From contig JAFXBB010000126.1 in assembly GCA_017521945.1 (NCBI GenBank), positions 1 through 52,981 on the forward strand: a stretch of DNA of 52,981 bases. The letters run 5' to 3'. The DNA comes from Alistipes sp. GTDB lineage: Bacteria > Bacteroidota > Bacteroidia > Bacteroidales > Rikenellaceae. Below, one piece after another: positions 1-9,307 of the stretch. Positions within the stretch are counted from its first letter, which is position 1; each line of letters begins with the position of its first letter. Below the pieces are notes generated by a model that ran no database searches, was not told the origin of the DNA, and saw only the letters and a list, made by a program, of their open reading frames with translations. The translations under genes and the position numbers were made by a program.

Positions 1-61
1 AAAGTTAATAAATAATCGCCCCGCCACCGTACTCCATATACGCGTACGCACAAAAGGCTCG

Positions 62-69
62 CAAAGGTA
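62..69 (-). promoter_or_regulatory. Bacteroidetes sigma-A -7 element for a gene left of the window
   Basis: Minus strand reads TACCTTTG(C), matching TAnnTTTG. Confidence 0.5.
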
Positions 70-165
70 ACGATTTTTTCTGAACTCCAACACCCAAATC
101 AACATTTTTTCACTACATCAACACAATTTTTCAACTTCCCAATAGTTTTTATTTATAAAACTTCG

Positions 166-173
166 TATATTTG
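166..173 (+). promoter_or_regulatory. sigma-A -7 element (TATATTTG)
   Basis: TAnnTTTG ~30 nt upstream of ORF 205. Confidence 0.6.
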
Positions 174-204
174 CGCAGTTAAGTTATACTACAATATTAG
201 AACT

Positions 205-705
205 ATGATTATGAGATTGGTTAAGTACTTGGTTGGACTAATGATGATGGCAGGTATCACTGCATGTAACAGCACTTTCGAGGAGTCTGTACACTACGAG
301 GATTTAGATAATATCTACAACACCTTATGGCATCGCAATGTTGTTACCGACAAAGCCTACTTCTTTGACATCACCTTCAACGACACCGTTGCGCCCAACT
401 ACAAGGAGTGGTATGAGGGTACTATGGTATGCTACGATAGCGAAAAACGCGAGAACAGAATTGAAGAGCTATGCTATAGTTTTATCTACAACTTCACTCC
501 CGGTCAAAATGGCAATAGGGCTGTGGTTAAGACAAAGTTTGATAACGGAACATACTATGACGGCTTCCTAATCCCTAAGGGACACATCAAGATTAACGAG
601 ACGGATGTATTTATCATTCAGCTATATAGAGTTGATGCCAACGGCAATCCTATCTATAATGACAAGGGCGAGTACCAGTCATCGATTATGATGTGGAAAG
701 AGTAG
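205..705 (+). CDS. hypothetical lipoprotein
   Basis: 166-aa ORF with signal peptide ending ITAC lipobox, promoter upstream, terminator downstream; family not recognised. Confidence 0.75.
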   Translation: MIMRLVKYLVGLMMMAGITACNSTFEESVHYEDLDNIYNTLWHRNVVTDKAYFFDITFNDTVAPNYKEWYEGTMVCYDSEKRENRIEELCYSFIYNFTPGQNGNRAVVKTKFDNGTYYDGFLIPKGHIKINETDVFIIQLYRVDANGNPIYNDKGEYQSSIMMWKE

Positions 706-778
706 GCTGATTAAGAGTACAGATAAAAGTGGAGAGTGGAGAGCAAAAAGTTAAGGTAGGTAAATCTAAAAAGCAAAG

Positions 779-810
779 AGCAGAGAGGAAATTTCTCCTT
801 TCTGCTTTTT
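779..810 (+). terminator. intrinsic terminator
   Basis: AGCAGAGAGG...CCTTTCTGCT stem followed by T-run, between convergent genes. Confidence 0.6.
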
Positions 811-870
811 CATTTTTCATTTCGCTTTAAGATGCTCCCTATCACGGCAAAGTATTCGTATCCAAACAAA

Positions 871-906
871 AAGGGGATGACTAAAACATAAATTAGCCAC
901 CCCCTT
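871..906. repeat. ~33-bp REP-like hairpin, copy 1 of 7
   Basis: GGGGATGACTAA-N8-TTAGCCACCCCC. Confidence 0.75.
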
Positions 907-922
907 ACATATTATAAGGTTG

Positions 923-1050
923 AATTTGTCGTCAGAAGAGTTGCAGATGTGTTAGATAGCCGCAGGCTGAAAAAGCTAAGTTAACTTATGGTAAATGAGC
1001 ATTTTTCAGACAAGCTATATGACACAGATGCACCCTTATCACGGCACATT
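923..1050. repeat. degenerate copy of ~127-bp hairpin repeat family
   Basis: Shares CGCAGGCTGAAAAAGC...GTAAATGAGCATTTTTCAGACAAG...CCCTTATCAC with copies at 23811-24197; ends at the infC stop. Confidence 0.8.
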
Positions 1051-1672
1051 ATTTCTTGGATTTTGGTGCAAGTATCATATTCATCTTCTTGCCATCAAGC
1101 TTTGGCATAAGCTCTACGCGAGCATACTCCTCAAGATCGTTGGCAAAGCGGAGGAGAAGAATCTCTCCCTGCTCCTTGAACACGATTGAGCGACCACGGA
1201 AGAATACATAAGCCTTAACCTTTGCGCCCTCCTTAAGGAAGTTCTCGGCGTGCTTAAGTTTGAAGTTGTAGTCGTGATCGTCGGTCTGTGGACCAAAACG
1301 AATCTCCTTGATTACCACCTTAACCTGCTTAGCCTTAATCTCCTTAGCCTTCTTCTTCTGCTGATAGAGGAACTTCTGGTAGTCGGCGATACGACATACA
1401 GGAGGTTCTGCCTTTGGAGAGATCTCGATAAGGTCGAGTTCCATCTCATCAGCGAGGCGGATAGCCTCTTTGATAGGCAATACGAGGTTAGGCTCAACAT
1501 TATCGCCTACGACACGCACTGTAGGTGCCGTAATCTCGTCGTTGATACGGTTAGGGTTCTCCTGCTGCGGACGACGACCACGCTGGTCGCGCTGCTGTTG
1601 CTGCTGCTGGCTGTTCTGTTGGTTATTCCCCTGCGCCTGTGGGCGTGGGCGGAATGGAAATTGTCCTGCCAA
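1049..1672 (-). CDS. infC: translation initiation factor IF-3
   Basis: [29 protein letters not shown] motifs; TTG start with in-frame stop five codons upstream. Confidence 0.97.
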   Translation of the reverse strand: MAGQFPFRPRPQAQGNNQQNSQQQQQQRDQRGRRPQQENPNRINDEITAPTVRVVGDNVEPNLVLPIKEAIRLADEMELDLIEISPKAEPPVCRIADYQKFLYQQKKKAKEIKAKQVKVVIKEIRFGPQTDDHDYNFKLKHAENFLKEGAKVKAYVFFRGRSIVFKEQGEILLLRFANDLEEYARVELMPKLDGKKMNMILAPKSKK

Positions 1673-1713
1673 ATTAGTTAATTGTTAGTTAGACTTTTGT
1701 TTATTCTCATTAA

Positions 1714-1751
1714 TCTGCATGGGTTCTGCAACAACTTGCAGAACCCCGCAG
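1714..1751. other. strong intergenic hairpin between thrS and infC
   Basis: GGGTTCTGCAA-CAAC-TTGCAGAACCC perfect stem, extendable; no U-tract on the transcribed strand. Confidence 0.55.
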
Positions 1752-1763
1752 ACCTAAAAGTTG

Positions 1764-3704
1764 CTATTTATTAGCCTCGATCTCCTTGGCCACAAGGTCA
1801 CGCATAAAGTCGATAAATTCAACAATGGTCATCTGACCCTTATCGCCATCGCCCTGTGCGCGTACTGATACCTTAAGCTCCTCAGCCTCCTTCTCACCTA
1901 CGATAAGAAGGTATGGGATACGCTTAAGCTCGTTGTCACGAATCTTACGACCAATCTTCTCGTTACGGTCATCCACCTGAGCGCGAATATCCGCCTTGCC
2001 CAGCTGGCGTGCAACCTCATTAGCATAGTCGTTATACTTCTCAGAGATTGGGAGTACCACAACCTGATCAGGTGTTAGCCACAATGGGAACTTACCTGCT
2101 GTATGCTCCAACAATACTGCCACAAAACGCTCCATAGAGCCAAATGGCGCACGGTGAATCATAATTGGACGGTGGAGCTTATCATCTGAGCCCTTATATG
2201 TAAGGTCGAAACGCTCTGGGAGGTTGTAGTCTACCTGAATTGTACCAAGCTGCCAGCTACGACCGAGTGCATCCTTAACCATAAAGTCGAGCTTAGGACC
2301 ATAGAATGCAGCCTCACCAAGCTCAACAGTGGTGTTGAGACCCTTCTCCTTACATGCCTGAATGATAGCGCCCTCAGCCTTCTCCCAATTCTCATCCGAG
2401 CCGATATACTTCTCTCTATTGTTAGGATCGCGCAACGAAATCTGAGCTGTGTAGTTATCGAACTTCAATGTGCGGAAGATGTATAGCACGATATCGATAA
2501 CCTTCTCAAACTCCTCCAAGAGCTGATCTGGGCGCACGAAGAGGTGAGCATCATCCTGAGTGAATGAGCGTACACGAGTAAGACCGTGTAGCTCACCAGA
2601 CTGCTCATAGCGATATACAGTACCGAACTCCGCCAAACGAACAGGAAGATCCTTATATGAACGAGGCTTAGAACGGTAGATCTCGCAGTGGTGAGGACAG
2701 TTCATAGGCTTCAAAAGATACTCCTCACCCTCAAATGGAGTGTGGATAGGCTGGAACGAGTCCTTACCATACTTTGCATAGTGACCAGATGTCACATACA
2801 AATCCTTGTTACCGATATGTGGGGTGATAACCTGCTGATAGCCATAGTCCTTCTGAATCTGACGCAAGAAACGCTCCAAACGGTCGCGCAACTCAGCACC
2901 CTTAGGCAACCACATCGGAAGACCCTGACCTACACGCTGTGAGAACATGAACAACTCAAGATCCTTACCAAGCTTACGGTGGTCGCGCTTCTTAGCCTCC
3001 TCCAAGAGTGCAAGATGCTCATCAAGCATAGACTTCTTAGGGAACGATACACCATAGATACGGGTTAGCATCTTATTCTTCTCGTTACCACGCCAGTAAG
3101 CACCTGCGATAGAGGTTAGCTTAATGGCCTTGATATAACCTGTATTAGGAATGTGTGGACCGCGGCAAAGGTCTGTAAATGCACCATTTGTGTAGAATGA
3201 TATTGTACCATCCTCCAAGTCGGTGATAAGCTCCACCTTGTACTGGTCGCCCTTCTCGGTGAAGGTTTTAAGTGCATCAGCCTTCGACACCTCAGTGCGT
3301 ACAAGAGCCTCCTTGTTGCGTGATAGCTCCACCATCTTCTGTTCGATCTTCTCAAGGTCAGCCTCGGTGATAGCTACAGGCGAGTCCACATCATAATAGA
3401 AACCATTGTCGATAGCAGGACCGATACCAAACTTAATGCCCGGGTATAGAGCCTCCAAAGCCTCGGCAAGGAGGTGTGATGAGGTGTGCCAGAATGCGTG
3501 CTTACCCTCAGCGTCGTCCCACTTAAAGAATTTGATTGTGCAGTCACAATCGATAGGGCGCATCATATCTACAGTTGCGCCATTTACCTCCGCAGCAAGT
3601 GAGTCAGCAGCGAGACGAGGGCTGATGCTCTCTGCTACCTGAAAGGCAGTTGTCCCTTTGGCAAACTCTCTTACTGAGCCATCAGGAAAGGTTACTTTAA
3701 CCAT
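1764..3704 (-). CDS. thrS: threonine--tRNA ligase
   Basis: TGS N-terminus, [35 protein letters not shown]. Confidence 0.99.
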   Translation of the reverse strand: MVKVTFPDGSVREFAKGTTAFQVAESISPRLAADSLAAEVNGATVDMMRPIDCDCTIKFFKWDDAEGKHAFWHTSSHLLAEALEALYPGIKFGIGPAIDNGFYYDVDSPVAITEADLEKIEQKMVELSRNKEALVRTEVSKADALKTFTEKGDQYKVELITDLEDGTISFYTNGAFTDLCRGPHIPNTGYIKAIKLTSIAGAYWRGNEKNKMLTRIYGVSFPKKSMLDEHLALLEEAKKRDHRKLGKDLELFMFSQRVGQGLPMWLPKGAELRDRLERFLRQIQKDYGYQQVITPHIGNKDLYVTSGHYAKYGKDSFQPIHTPFEGEEYLLKPMNCPHHCEIYRSKPRSYKDLPVRLAEFGTVYRYEQSGELHGLTRVRSFTQDDAHLFVRPDQLLEEFEKVIDIVLYIFRTLKFDNYTAQISLRDPNNREKYIGSDENWEKAEGAIIQACKEKGLNTTVELGEAAFYGPKLDFMVKDALGRSWQLGTIQVDYNLPERFDLTYKGSDDKLHRPIMIHRAPFGSMERFVAVLLEHTAGKFPLWLTPDQVVVLPISEKYNDYANEVARQLGKADIRAQVDDRNEKIGRKIRDNELKRIPYLLIVGEKEAEELKVSVRAQGDGDKGQMTIVEFIDFMRDLVAKEIEANK

Positions 3705-3792
3705 GATAATTTAAGTTTTATAAGTTATTATTTTGAGTACCTTCGTAGCTCCACAATAACGAGACGGATTACTACTCAGTTGCACCCCTTGT

Positions 3793-3993
3793 TTACTCCT
3801 GTTTTGTTTTATTGTCCAATGCTTTGGCAAGTGCTATTATACGAGTAAGCGCAATAACTCCTACGACTGCTACCAATCCAAACCACAACCACTCTGTTGG
3901 TTCAGCATTAGTTAAATCAATAGACATGCACTTCACTACTGTAAGACCTAATAGTGTTGCACTGATAACTATACTTAAGATTATTCTAAACAT
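3793..3993 (-). CDS. small two-helix membrane protein
   Basis: 66 aa, ATG start, AT-rich leader, two hydrophobic segments, co-oriented with neighbours. Confidence 0.55.
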   Translation of the reverse strand: MFRIILSIVISATLLGLTVVKCMSIDLTNAEPTEWLWFGLVAVVGVIALTRIIALAKALDNKTKQE

Positions 3994-4019
3994 TGGTTTT
4001 ATACTTCTTAGTCCTATTA

Positions 4020-4211
4020 GAATCTGTTTTAAATTTTATTAAATAAGTTAGTTTGTCGCTGCGAGAATTAGTTTCGGTCTCTTTGTGGCTCTTTTCGGCA
4101 TCTATCCATTTTCGAAATTTGAAAATAGCCCGCTATTACCTGCATCTCACAAATGAATATCTGCTCGAAAACAGCTCACAAATAGCCTCGAAATAAAATT
4201 CAAACAGCTTC
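4020..4211. mobile_element. 192-bp MITE-like element, copy 1
   Basis: TIRs GAATCTGTTTTAAATTTTATT / AATAAAATTCAAACAGCTTC, flanked by TTA on both sides; homologous full-length copy at 46529-46720. Confidence 0.8.
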
Positions 4212-5306
4212 TTAGTCCTGATGCTCCGTTTCAGGCAAATCCTTAACCGAGATATCTCTACCCTTCTCTCTCTCAAAATGCTCCAACGGATTGGCGTTCC
4301 ACTCTGCCCACTCCCTACGACGGCGCACGATATCTATGGCCTCATATAAGGCGTTACGCATGGAGCTTTCATCAGCAATACCCTTACCTGCAATATCATA
4401 CGCAACACCATGATCGGGCGATGTTCGCACCGCCGATAGCGACGCTGTAAAGTTCACACCATTAGGCGTTAAGGTTTTGAATGGAGCCAAGCCCTGATCG
4501 TGGTACATGGCAAGTATCGCATCGTAGTTTTTGAACTGTCCCGAAGCGAAGAAACCATCCGCCGCAAATGGACCAAAAGCGAGAACTTCGCGCTCAAAAG
4601 CCTCCACGATAGCAGGCTTGATGATGTTGTTCTCCTCCTCACCAAGCAAGCCTCCATCGCCAGCATGTGGGTTGAGCGCCAAGACCGCAATCTTGGGGCG
4701 TACCACACCGAAATCCTGCTTCATAGAGGCGTTAATCTGCTCTATGCGATCGAGTATAAGCTCCTTGCTAAGAGCCTCAGCAACCTGAGCCACAGGCACA
4801 TGAATAGTTGCAAGACCTACGCGCATAAGCTCCGATGTCATAATCATCAGAGGCTCACCACCGAGCTTATTGGCAAGGAACTCTGTGTGACCTGTGAAGC
4901 TGAAACTTACACTCTGAATCATCTCCTTGTCTATAGGGGCCGTAACAAGGGCATCAATTGCTCCACTCTTAAGCTCCTCTACAGCCTTGCTAAGTGCCGC
5001 AGCTGCAGCCTCACCACCCACCTTAGATGGCTTACCCGGAGTTATCGAGAACTCCTTAGCTCCGCACTGCACCAAGTTCACACGACCCTCCACAGCATTC
5101 TCAGCACTATCAATAATATTGAACTCCACACGCTCATACTCCTCATTGAGGCTCTTTGCGTAGTACGCTGCGGCATTCTTAGAGCCATAGACCACAGGTG
5201 TACATAACTCAGCAATACGGCTATCCGAGAGTATTTTAAGCATAACCTCCCAGCCGACACCATTTGTATCACCCTGTGAGATTCCTATTTTTAGTATATC
5301 GCTCAT
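4212..5306 (-). CDS. pdxA: 4-hydroxythreonine-4-phosphate dehydrogenase
   Basis: VTAPIDK, GHTEFLA, LNPHAGD, AMYHDQG, RTSPDHG. Confidence 0.96.
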   Translation of the reverse strand: MSDILKIGISQGDTNGVGWEVMLKILSDSRIAELCTPVVYGSKNAAAYYAKSLNEEYERVEFNIIDSAENAVEGRVNLVQCGAKEFSITPGKPSKVGGEAAAAALSKAVEELKSGAIDALVTAPIDKEMIQSVSFSFTGHTEFLANKLGGEPLMIMTSELMRVGLATIHVPVAQVAEALSKELILDRIEQINASMKQDFGVVRPKIAVLALNPHAGDGGLLGEEENNIIKPAIVEAFEREVLAFGPFAADGFFASGQFKNYDAILAMYHDQGLAPFKTLTPNGVNFTASLSAVRTSPDHGVAYDIAGKGIADESSMRNALYEAIDIVRRRREWAEWNANPLEHFEREKGRDISVKDLPETEHQD

Positions 5307-5328
5307 AAAAAATATCTATTTGAATTTA

Positions 5329-5336
5329 CAAATATA
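5329..5336 (-). promoter_or_regulatory. sigma-A -7 element for pdxA
   Basis: TATATTTG on minus strand ~22 nt upstream of ATG. Confidence 0.55.
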
Positions 5337-5453
5337 CAAAATATTTTCCGAACACTACTAATCCTCACAAGGTTTTTATTATTTTTTTATAAAGGATTAA
5401 GGGGTTAGATGTGGACTCGATAAAGAAATTCGGCTGGATGGAACATAATTGTG

Positions 5454-5589
5454 GGGACAGCAGAGACAACAGAGACAACAGAGACAACAGAGACAACAGA
5501 GACAGCAGAGACAGCAGAGAGAGCAGAGAGAGTGCAGCTATAGCCGACTTCGCTTTCGTCTCTTTCGTCTCTTTCGTCTCTTTCGTCTC
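5454..5589. repeat. 9-bp-periodic inverted tandem repeat element
   Basis: ~9 x GAGAC(A)(A/G)CA-like units, spacer ...GCCGACTTCGC, then 4 x TTTCGTCTC. Confidence 0.85.
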
Positions 5590-5617
5590 AAAAAACAGAC
5601 TAATCCACCCACGACCA

Positions 5618-5747
5618 AATTTCTTGTCAGAAGGGGTTAGGCTTGGTCTATCGTAAAAGAAGATCCTCTCGGGATAGTACACGAAGTACAGCCCGAGAGG
5701 TCTTACTTTTAGGATGGGCCGAGAATGACCCCTTATCACAAGAAATT
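5618..5747. repeat. ~130-bp hairpin repeat, variant interior
   Basis: Ends AATTTCTTGTCAGAAGGGGTTAG / ATGACCCCTTATCACAAGAAATT identical to 24072-24197, with a different but self-complementary interior; overlaps the obgE stop. Confidence 0.85.
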
Positions 5748-6762
5748 ACTTGGTGAGGGCGCGCCATAACATATCCTTCAACTGCGTAATATTCATATTA
5801 GCAACTGAAGAGATAAATATCGACTCTATACCTGCGGGGAGGTGCGTCTTCATCTGGTCGATAAGTTCGTCATCGAGCATATCGCACTTAGTGATAGCGA
5901 GGAGTCGTTCCTTATCCAAAAGTTCTGGATTATACTGAGTTAGCTCTCCGAGGAGAATTTCGTAGTCCTTGGCTATATCGTCACTATCGGCAGGTATCAT
6001 AAAGAGAAGTACGGAGTTACGCTCGATATGGCGCAAGAAGCGTGTTCCAAGACCGCGACCCTCATGTGCGCCCTCGATAATACCGGGGATATCCGCCATA
6101 ACAAATGAGTAGTCATCGCGTACAGAGACGATGCCGAGGTTAGGCTCAAGTGTTGTGAAGGCGTAGTTTGCAATCTTTGGCTTTGCGGCAGAGACTACAG
6201 AGAGTAGGGTCGACTTACCAGCATTAGGAAAACCCACCAAGCCCACATCTGCAAGCACCTTAAGCTCAAGGATAAAGGCACCCTCAGCGCCCTCCTCACC
6301 CGGCTGTGCATAGCGTGGAGTTTGGTTTGTTGCGGTGCGGAAGTGCCAGTTACCAAGACCACCGCGACCACCCTTTAGCAATACAAGTTGCTCGCCATGC
6401 TCTGTAACCTCGCCTACGGTCTCGGTGTAGGTCTCTCCTGTCTCCTCGTCGGTAAATACCTGCTTTGCTACAGTACCAAGAGGTACAGGAATGATGATAT
6501 CCTTAGCATCGGCACCTGTAGAGCGTGCGCCATGACCATTCTCGCCATCCTCGGCAAACTGGTGACGCTTATACTTTAGGTGGATAAGTGTCCAATATTG
6601 GCTATCGCCCTGAAGGATGATGCTGCCACCCTTACCGCCATCACCGCCATCGGGACCACCAAACGCCACAAACTTCTCACGACGGAAGTGACACGAACCC
6701 GCGCCACCATGTCCTGAGCGTGCAAATATCTTTACATAATCTACAAAGTTGCTTCCTGCCAT
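5746..6762 (-). CDS. obgE: GTPase ObgE/CgtA
   Basis: [31 protein letters not shown]. Confidence 0.98.
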   Translation of the reverse strand: MAGSNFVDYVKIFARSGHGGAGSCHFRREKFVAFGGPDGGDGGKGGSIILQGDSQYWTLIHLKYKRHQFAEDGENGHGARSTGADAKDIIIPVPLGTVAKQVFTDEETGETYTETVGEVTEHGEQLVLLKGGRGGLGNWHFRTATNQTPRYAQPGEEGAEGAFILELKVLADVGLVGFPNAGKSTLLSVVSAAKPKIANYAFTTLEPNLGIVSVRDDYSFVMADIPGIIEGAHEGRGLGTRFLRHIERNSVLLFMIPADSDDIAKDYEILLGELTQYNPELLDKERLLAITKCDMLDDELIDQMKTHLPAGIESIFISSVANMNITQLKDMLWRALTK

Positions 6763-6817
6763 AATGATATTCTATAAATAAGTACTCTAAGGTATGTTCT
6801 ATAAATAATTTCAGGGG

Positions 6818-6825
6818 CAAAGGTA
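6818..6825 (-). promoter_or_regulatory. sigma-A -7 element for obgE
   Basis: TACCTTTG(C) on minus strand. Confidence 0.6.
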
Positions 6826-6896
6826 GTAAAAAAAGTTGAAGGAGGACGACTCATAGATAAATATAAGCATTGAAAAAGATATCCTATCATAAAAAA

Positions 6897-6962
6897 AGAG
6901 TGAATAAAAGATGTATCATGTTATTAGGTAGACTCTCAAAATTCACTTTTTATTCAACCTCC
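6897..6962. repeat. internally deleted copy of the 124-bp TIR element
   Basis: AGAGTGAATAAAAGATGTA...CACTTTTTATTCA matches both ends of 44725-44848 in reverse orientation. Confidence 0.6.
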
Positions 6963-6970
6963 TAACAAAA

Positions 6971-7003
6971 TGGGGATGACCGATTTACTTTCAGTCATCC
7001 CCA
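6971..7003. repeat. REP-like hairpin copy 2, probable hpf terminator
   Basis: TGGGGATGAC...GTCATCCCCA with T-run on minus strand, 20 nt after the hpf stop. Confidence 0.7.
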
Positions 7004-7023
7004 GACCTTAGGTCTTGTTTGTA

Positions 7024-7323
7024 TTACTTCTCAAACTTAGCCTTAGCCTTCTCCAACTGTCTTTTAATTATATCCATTGAATTATCTATCGCCTCCTCAA
7101 AGGTAAATGCTCGCTCCTCAACACGGATATCGCTACCGGGAACATGGAGCGACACTACTACTACTTTGTTGCCCTTTTCTGAGTCTGGATCAAGGCGCAG
7201 AGTAACCTCTACATCACCAGCTCTATCATCGACAAAGCGATCCAATCTATCCATCTTCTTCTGAATGAAGTCAAGCAGCTGTTTTCCTGCATCGAATTTT
7301 ACTGACTGAATCTGTACGTTCAT
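7024..7323 (-). CDS. hpf: ribosome hibernation factor (short HPF/RaiA)
   Basis: MNVQIQSVKFDA, FEEAID pattern; 99 aa; follows xerC as is usual in Bacteroidetes. Confidence 0.9.
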   Translation of the reverse strand: MNVQIQSVKFDAGKQLLDFIQKKMDRLDRFVDDRAGDVEVTLRLDPDSEKGNKVVVVSLHVPGSDIRVEERAFTFEEAIDNSMDIIKRQLEKAKAKFEK

Positions 7324-7381
7324 AGGTCATAAAGTATTAAGTTTATATATAATGCCCATAGCTCTCGCGGCACGGGCTGTC

Positions 7382-8299
7382 CTACTTATCTACATCGCTC
7401 TCATGTGGATGTGCGCTCGAATATACCTCCTTTAGCCTCTCAAAGTCAGCATGGGTATATACCTGCGTCGCACGCAAAGAGCTATGTCCTAAAAGCTCCT
7501 GTATCTCGCGAAGATCTGCCCCATCATTGAGCAGATGTGTGGCGAAGGTGTGGCGAAGCACATGTGGCGAGGTCTTACCCTGTACACCTGAGCACTTTAG
7601 CTTACGCGCGACTATTCGCTGCACCGTTCTACGGTTGATACGCTCTCCTTTCGAAGATAAAATTAGTGCTTTTTTTTGACCTATGCAAATATTTTGCGAA
7701 GAATTTTGACTAAAATACTTTTTTAGTATCTCAGCAAGAGGTTTTACTATCGGTTGAATGCGCTGTTTTCCACCTTTACCCATGACGCGGATATAGCTAA
7801 AGTCGGCTGCCACATCCTCTTGATTGGCCTCGACAAGCTCAGAAAGACGCAGACCACAGGTATATATAAGGAGTATGATGAGCGCATCGCGTAAGCGCTC
7901 AGAATCGGAGGAGGCAATATCGTTGCGAAGCTCCTCTACAACATCCTCCATACGGCTATCGGGAACAAAGGTCGGGAGTCGCTTAGGTTGCTTAAACTGC
8001 GATATGCCGCGCATAACATCTCTCTTGGTACATCCCATCTCACGCATCCAGTCCCAAAGGCTTCGCAACGATGCGAGGTGGCGATTTACGGATGTAGCCT
8101 TTAGCCCCTTCACATCGAAGAGATGTATCGCCCAATCCTTAATACTATCACGCGTGATGCACTCGGTATCGAAATTCTCGGCATCGACCTTAAGCCACTC
8201 CAAAAAGGCATAGATATCGTGACGATAGCTCCGTATCGTGTACGCCGAGTAGCGACGCTCGGACTCAAGCATCGTCAAGAATTGTTCTATCCTGTTCAT
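7382..8299 (-). CDS. xerC: tyrosine recombinase XerC
   Basis: GLRLSE, GKGGKQR, HVLRHTFATH, LLGH, TQVY catalytic motifs; housekeeping context next to hpf. Confidence 0.88.
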   Translation of the reverse strand: MNRIEQFLTMLESERRYSAYTIRSYRHDIYAFLEWLKVDAENFDTECITRDSIKDWAIHLFDVKGLKATSVNRHLASLRSLWDWMREMGCTKRDVMRGISQFKQPKRLPTFVPDSRMEDVVEELRNDIASSDSERLRDALIILLIYTCGLRLSELVEANQEDVAADFSYIRVMGKGGKQRIQPIVKPLAEILKKYFSQNSSQNICIGQKKALILSSKGERINRRTVQRIVARKLKCSGVQGKTSPHVLRHTFATHLLNDGADLREIQELLGHSSLRATQVYTHADFERLKEVYSSAHPHESDVDK

Positions 8300-8322
8300 G
8301 TAAAGGAGTTGCCTATATTAGT

Positions 8323-8928
8323 CTACTTGAAAAACTTATACTGAAAGATTAGCAGGTAAACAACAGCTACCGATATATAGGAGTCGGCAATGTTGAATAC
8401 CGCACCGAAGAAGTAGCCATCACCACCTACAAGAAAGTCGAGAAAGGCAGGACAATTTTCCCACTTAAATAGTGGCAGATGTATCATATCCACGACCTTA
8501 CCCATCAAGAAACCAGCATCTTGTGTATCGAGCAACATACCATAGAACATACTATCTACCATGTTACCTATAGCACCTGCGAGGATAAGCACAGCACCTA
8601 CAATAACACCCTTAGGCACCTCGTTACGACGCTTAAGAAGATAGTCAATGCCATAGATTAGCAAGCCAATCATCACTATACGGAAGATGCTCAAGATTAG
8701 CTTACCCCAATCAAGCGCACCTTCACCTGAGCCAAGCTGCATACCAAAGGCAAAGCCGTTGTTCTCGACATAGCAGAGGTTAAACCAACGAAAGACCTCA
8801 ATCTTATCGCCCACCTCAAGGTTAAAGTGAACAAGCATCTTAACAACTTGGTCGATAACGACAAGCAAAATAGTCCAAAATGCGACTTTATATCCTGCGG
8901 GTATATTCTTCAATCTCATAGCTTTCAA
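8323..8928 (-). CDS. lspA: lipoprotein signal peptidase
   Basis: DQVVK, NNGFAFG, GAIGNMVD, VVDM, FNIADS. Confidence 0.93.
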   Translation of the reverse strand: MKAMRLKNIPAGYKVAFWTILLVVIDQVVKMLVHFNLEVGDKIEVFRWFNLCYVENNGFAFGMQLGSGEGALDWGKLILSIFRIVMIGLLIYGIDYLLKRRNEVPKGVIVGAVLILAGAIGNMVDSMFYGMLLDTQDAGFLMGKVVDMIHLPLFKWENCPAFLDFLVGGDGYFFGAVFNIADSYISVAVVYLLIFQYKFFK

Positions 8929-8983
8929 TAATAAATATAGGTATTACAATCAAGATAATCTTTTACACAAAGTTATCCTCATG

Positions 8984-8991
8984 CAAAGATA
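8984..8991 (-). promoter_or_regulatory. sigma-A -7 element for lspA-xerC-hpf
   Basis: TATCTTTG(C) on minus strand. Confidence 0.6.
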
Positions 8992-9099
8992 CGAAAAAGA
9001 AATTAGTTTTCATCACTTGAGACGCTATGATTTGCATGGCATTTCTGAAGAGGATGTGTCATTATGACACCAAGGATACTTTATTTCAAAAAATTTGAT

Positions 9100-9107
9100 T
9101 ACTTTTG
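9100..9107 (+). promoter_or_regulatory. sigma-A -7 element for tRNA-Leu
   Basis: TACTTTTG(C) 16 nt before the tRNA. Confidence 0.6.
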
Positions 9108-9123
9108 CAATAAGAAATAGACA

Positions 9124-9204
9124 GCCCAGGTGGCGAAATGGTAAACGCGCTCGTTTCAGGTGCGAGTGCTGCAAAGCTTGTAGGTTCGAGTCCTATCCTG
9201 GGCA
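9124..9204 (+). tRNA. tRNA-Leu(CAG)
   Basis: Acceptor GCCCAGG/CCTGGGC+A, D-loop TGGTA, anticodon arm CTCGT-TTCAGGT-GCGAG, long variable arm, GGTTCGAGTCC; CCA not encoded. Confidence 0.96.
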
Positions 9205-9256
9205 CATGGTTGGAGTAAGGCAAATACCAACTAAATGAGACTAAAAAAAACAAAAC

Positions 9257-9287
9257 GGGGATGACTAAAAGTAAATTAGTCATCCCC
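9257..9287. repeat. REP-like hairpin copy 3, probable bidirectional terminator
   Basis: GGGGATGACTAA-AAGTAAA-TTAGTCATCCCC perfect stem between convergent tRNA and ppiD. Confidence 0.8.
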
Positions 9288-9307
9288 AAATTTATGTTGT
9301 CTAAAGA

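Noticed and set aside
722-825. 7-bp tandem runs (AGTGGAG, TTTTCAT), similar at 39156-39195
   Set aside because: Only 2-4 degenerate units; too weak to call as an element
4500-5207. Long antisense ORFs (also 12530-13144, 15089-15670, 16317-16904, 52232-52912)
   Set aside because: Shadows of well-supported genes on the opposite strand with no recognisable motifs
5365-5739. ORFs with LLSLLS / RDNRDN / QQRQQR repeats
   Set aside because: Open frames are by-products of the 9-bp repeats and the hairpin element
7382-9204. Integrase plus tRNA as an integrated element
   Set aside because: The recombinase looks like housekeeping XerC in the lspA-xerC-hpf unit; no tRNA 3' duplication or cargo genes seen
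9086-9289. 67-aa minus-strand ORF
   Set aside because: Antisense to tRNA-Leu and starts inside a REP hairpin
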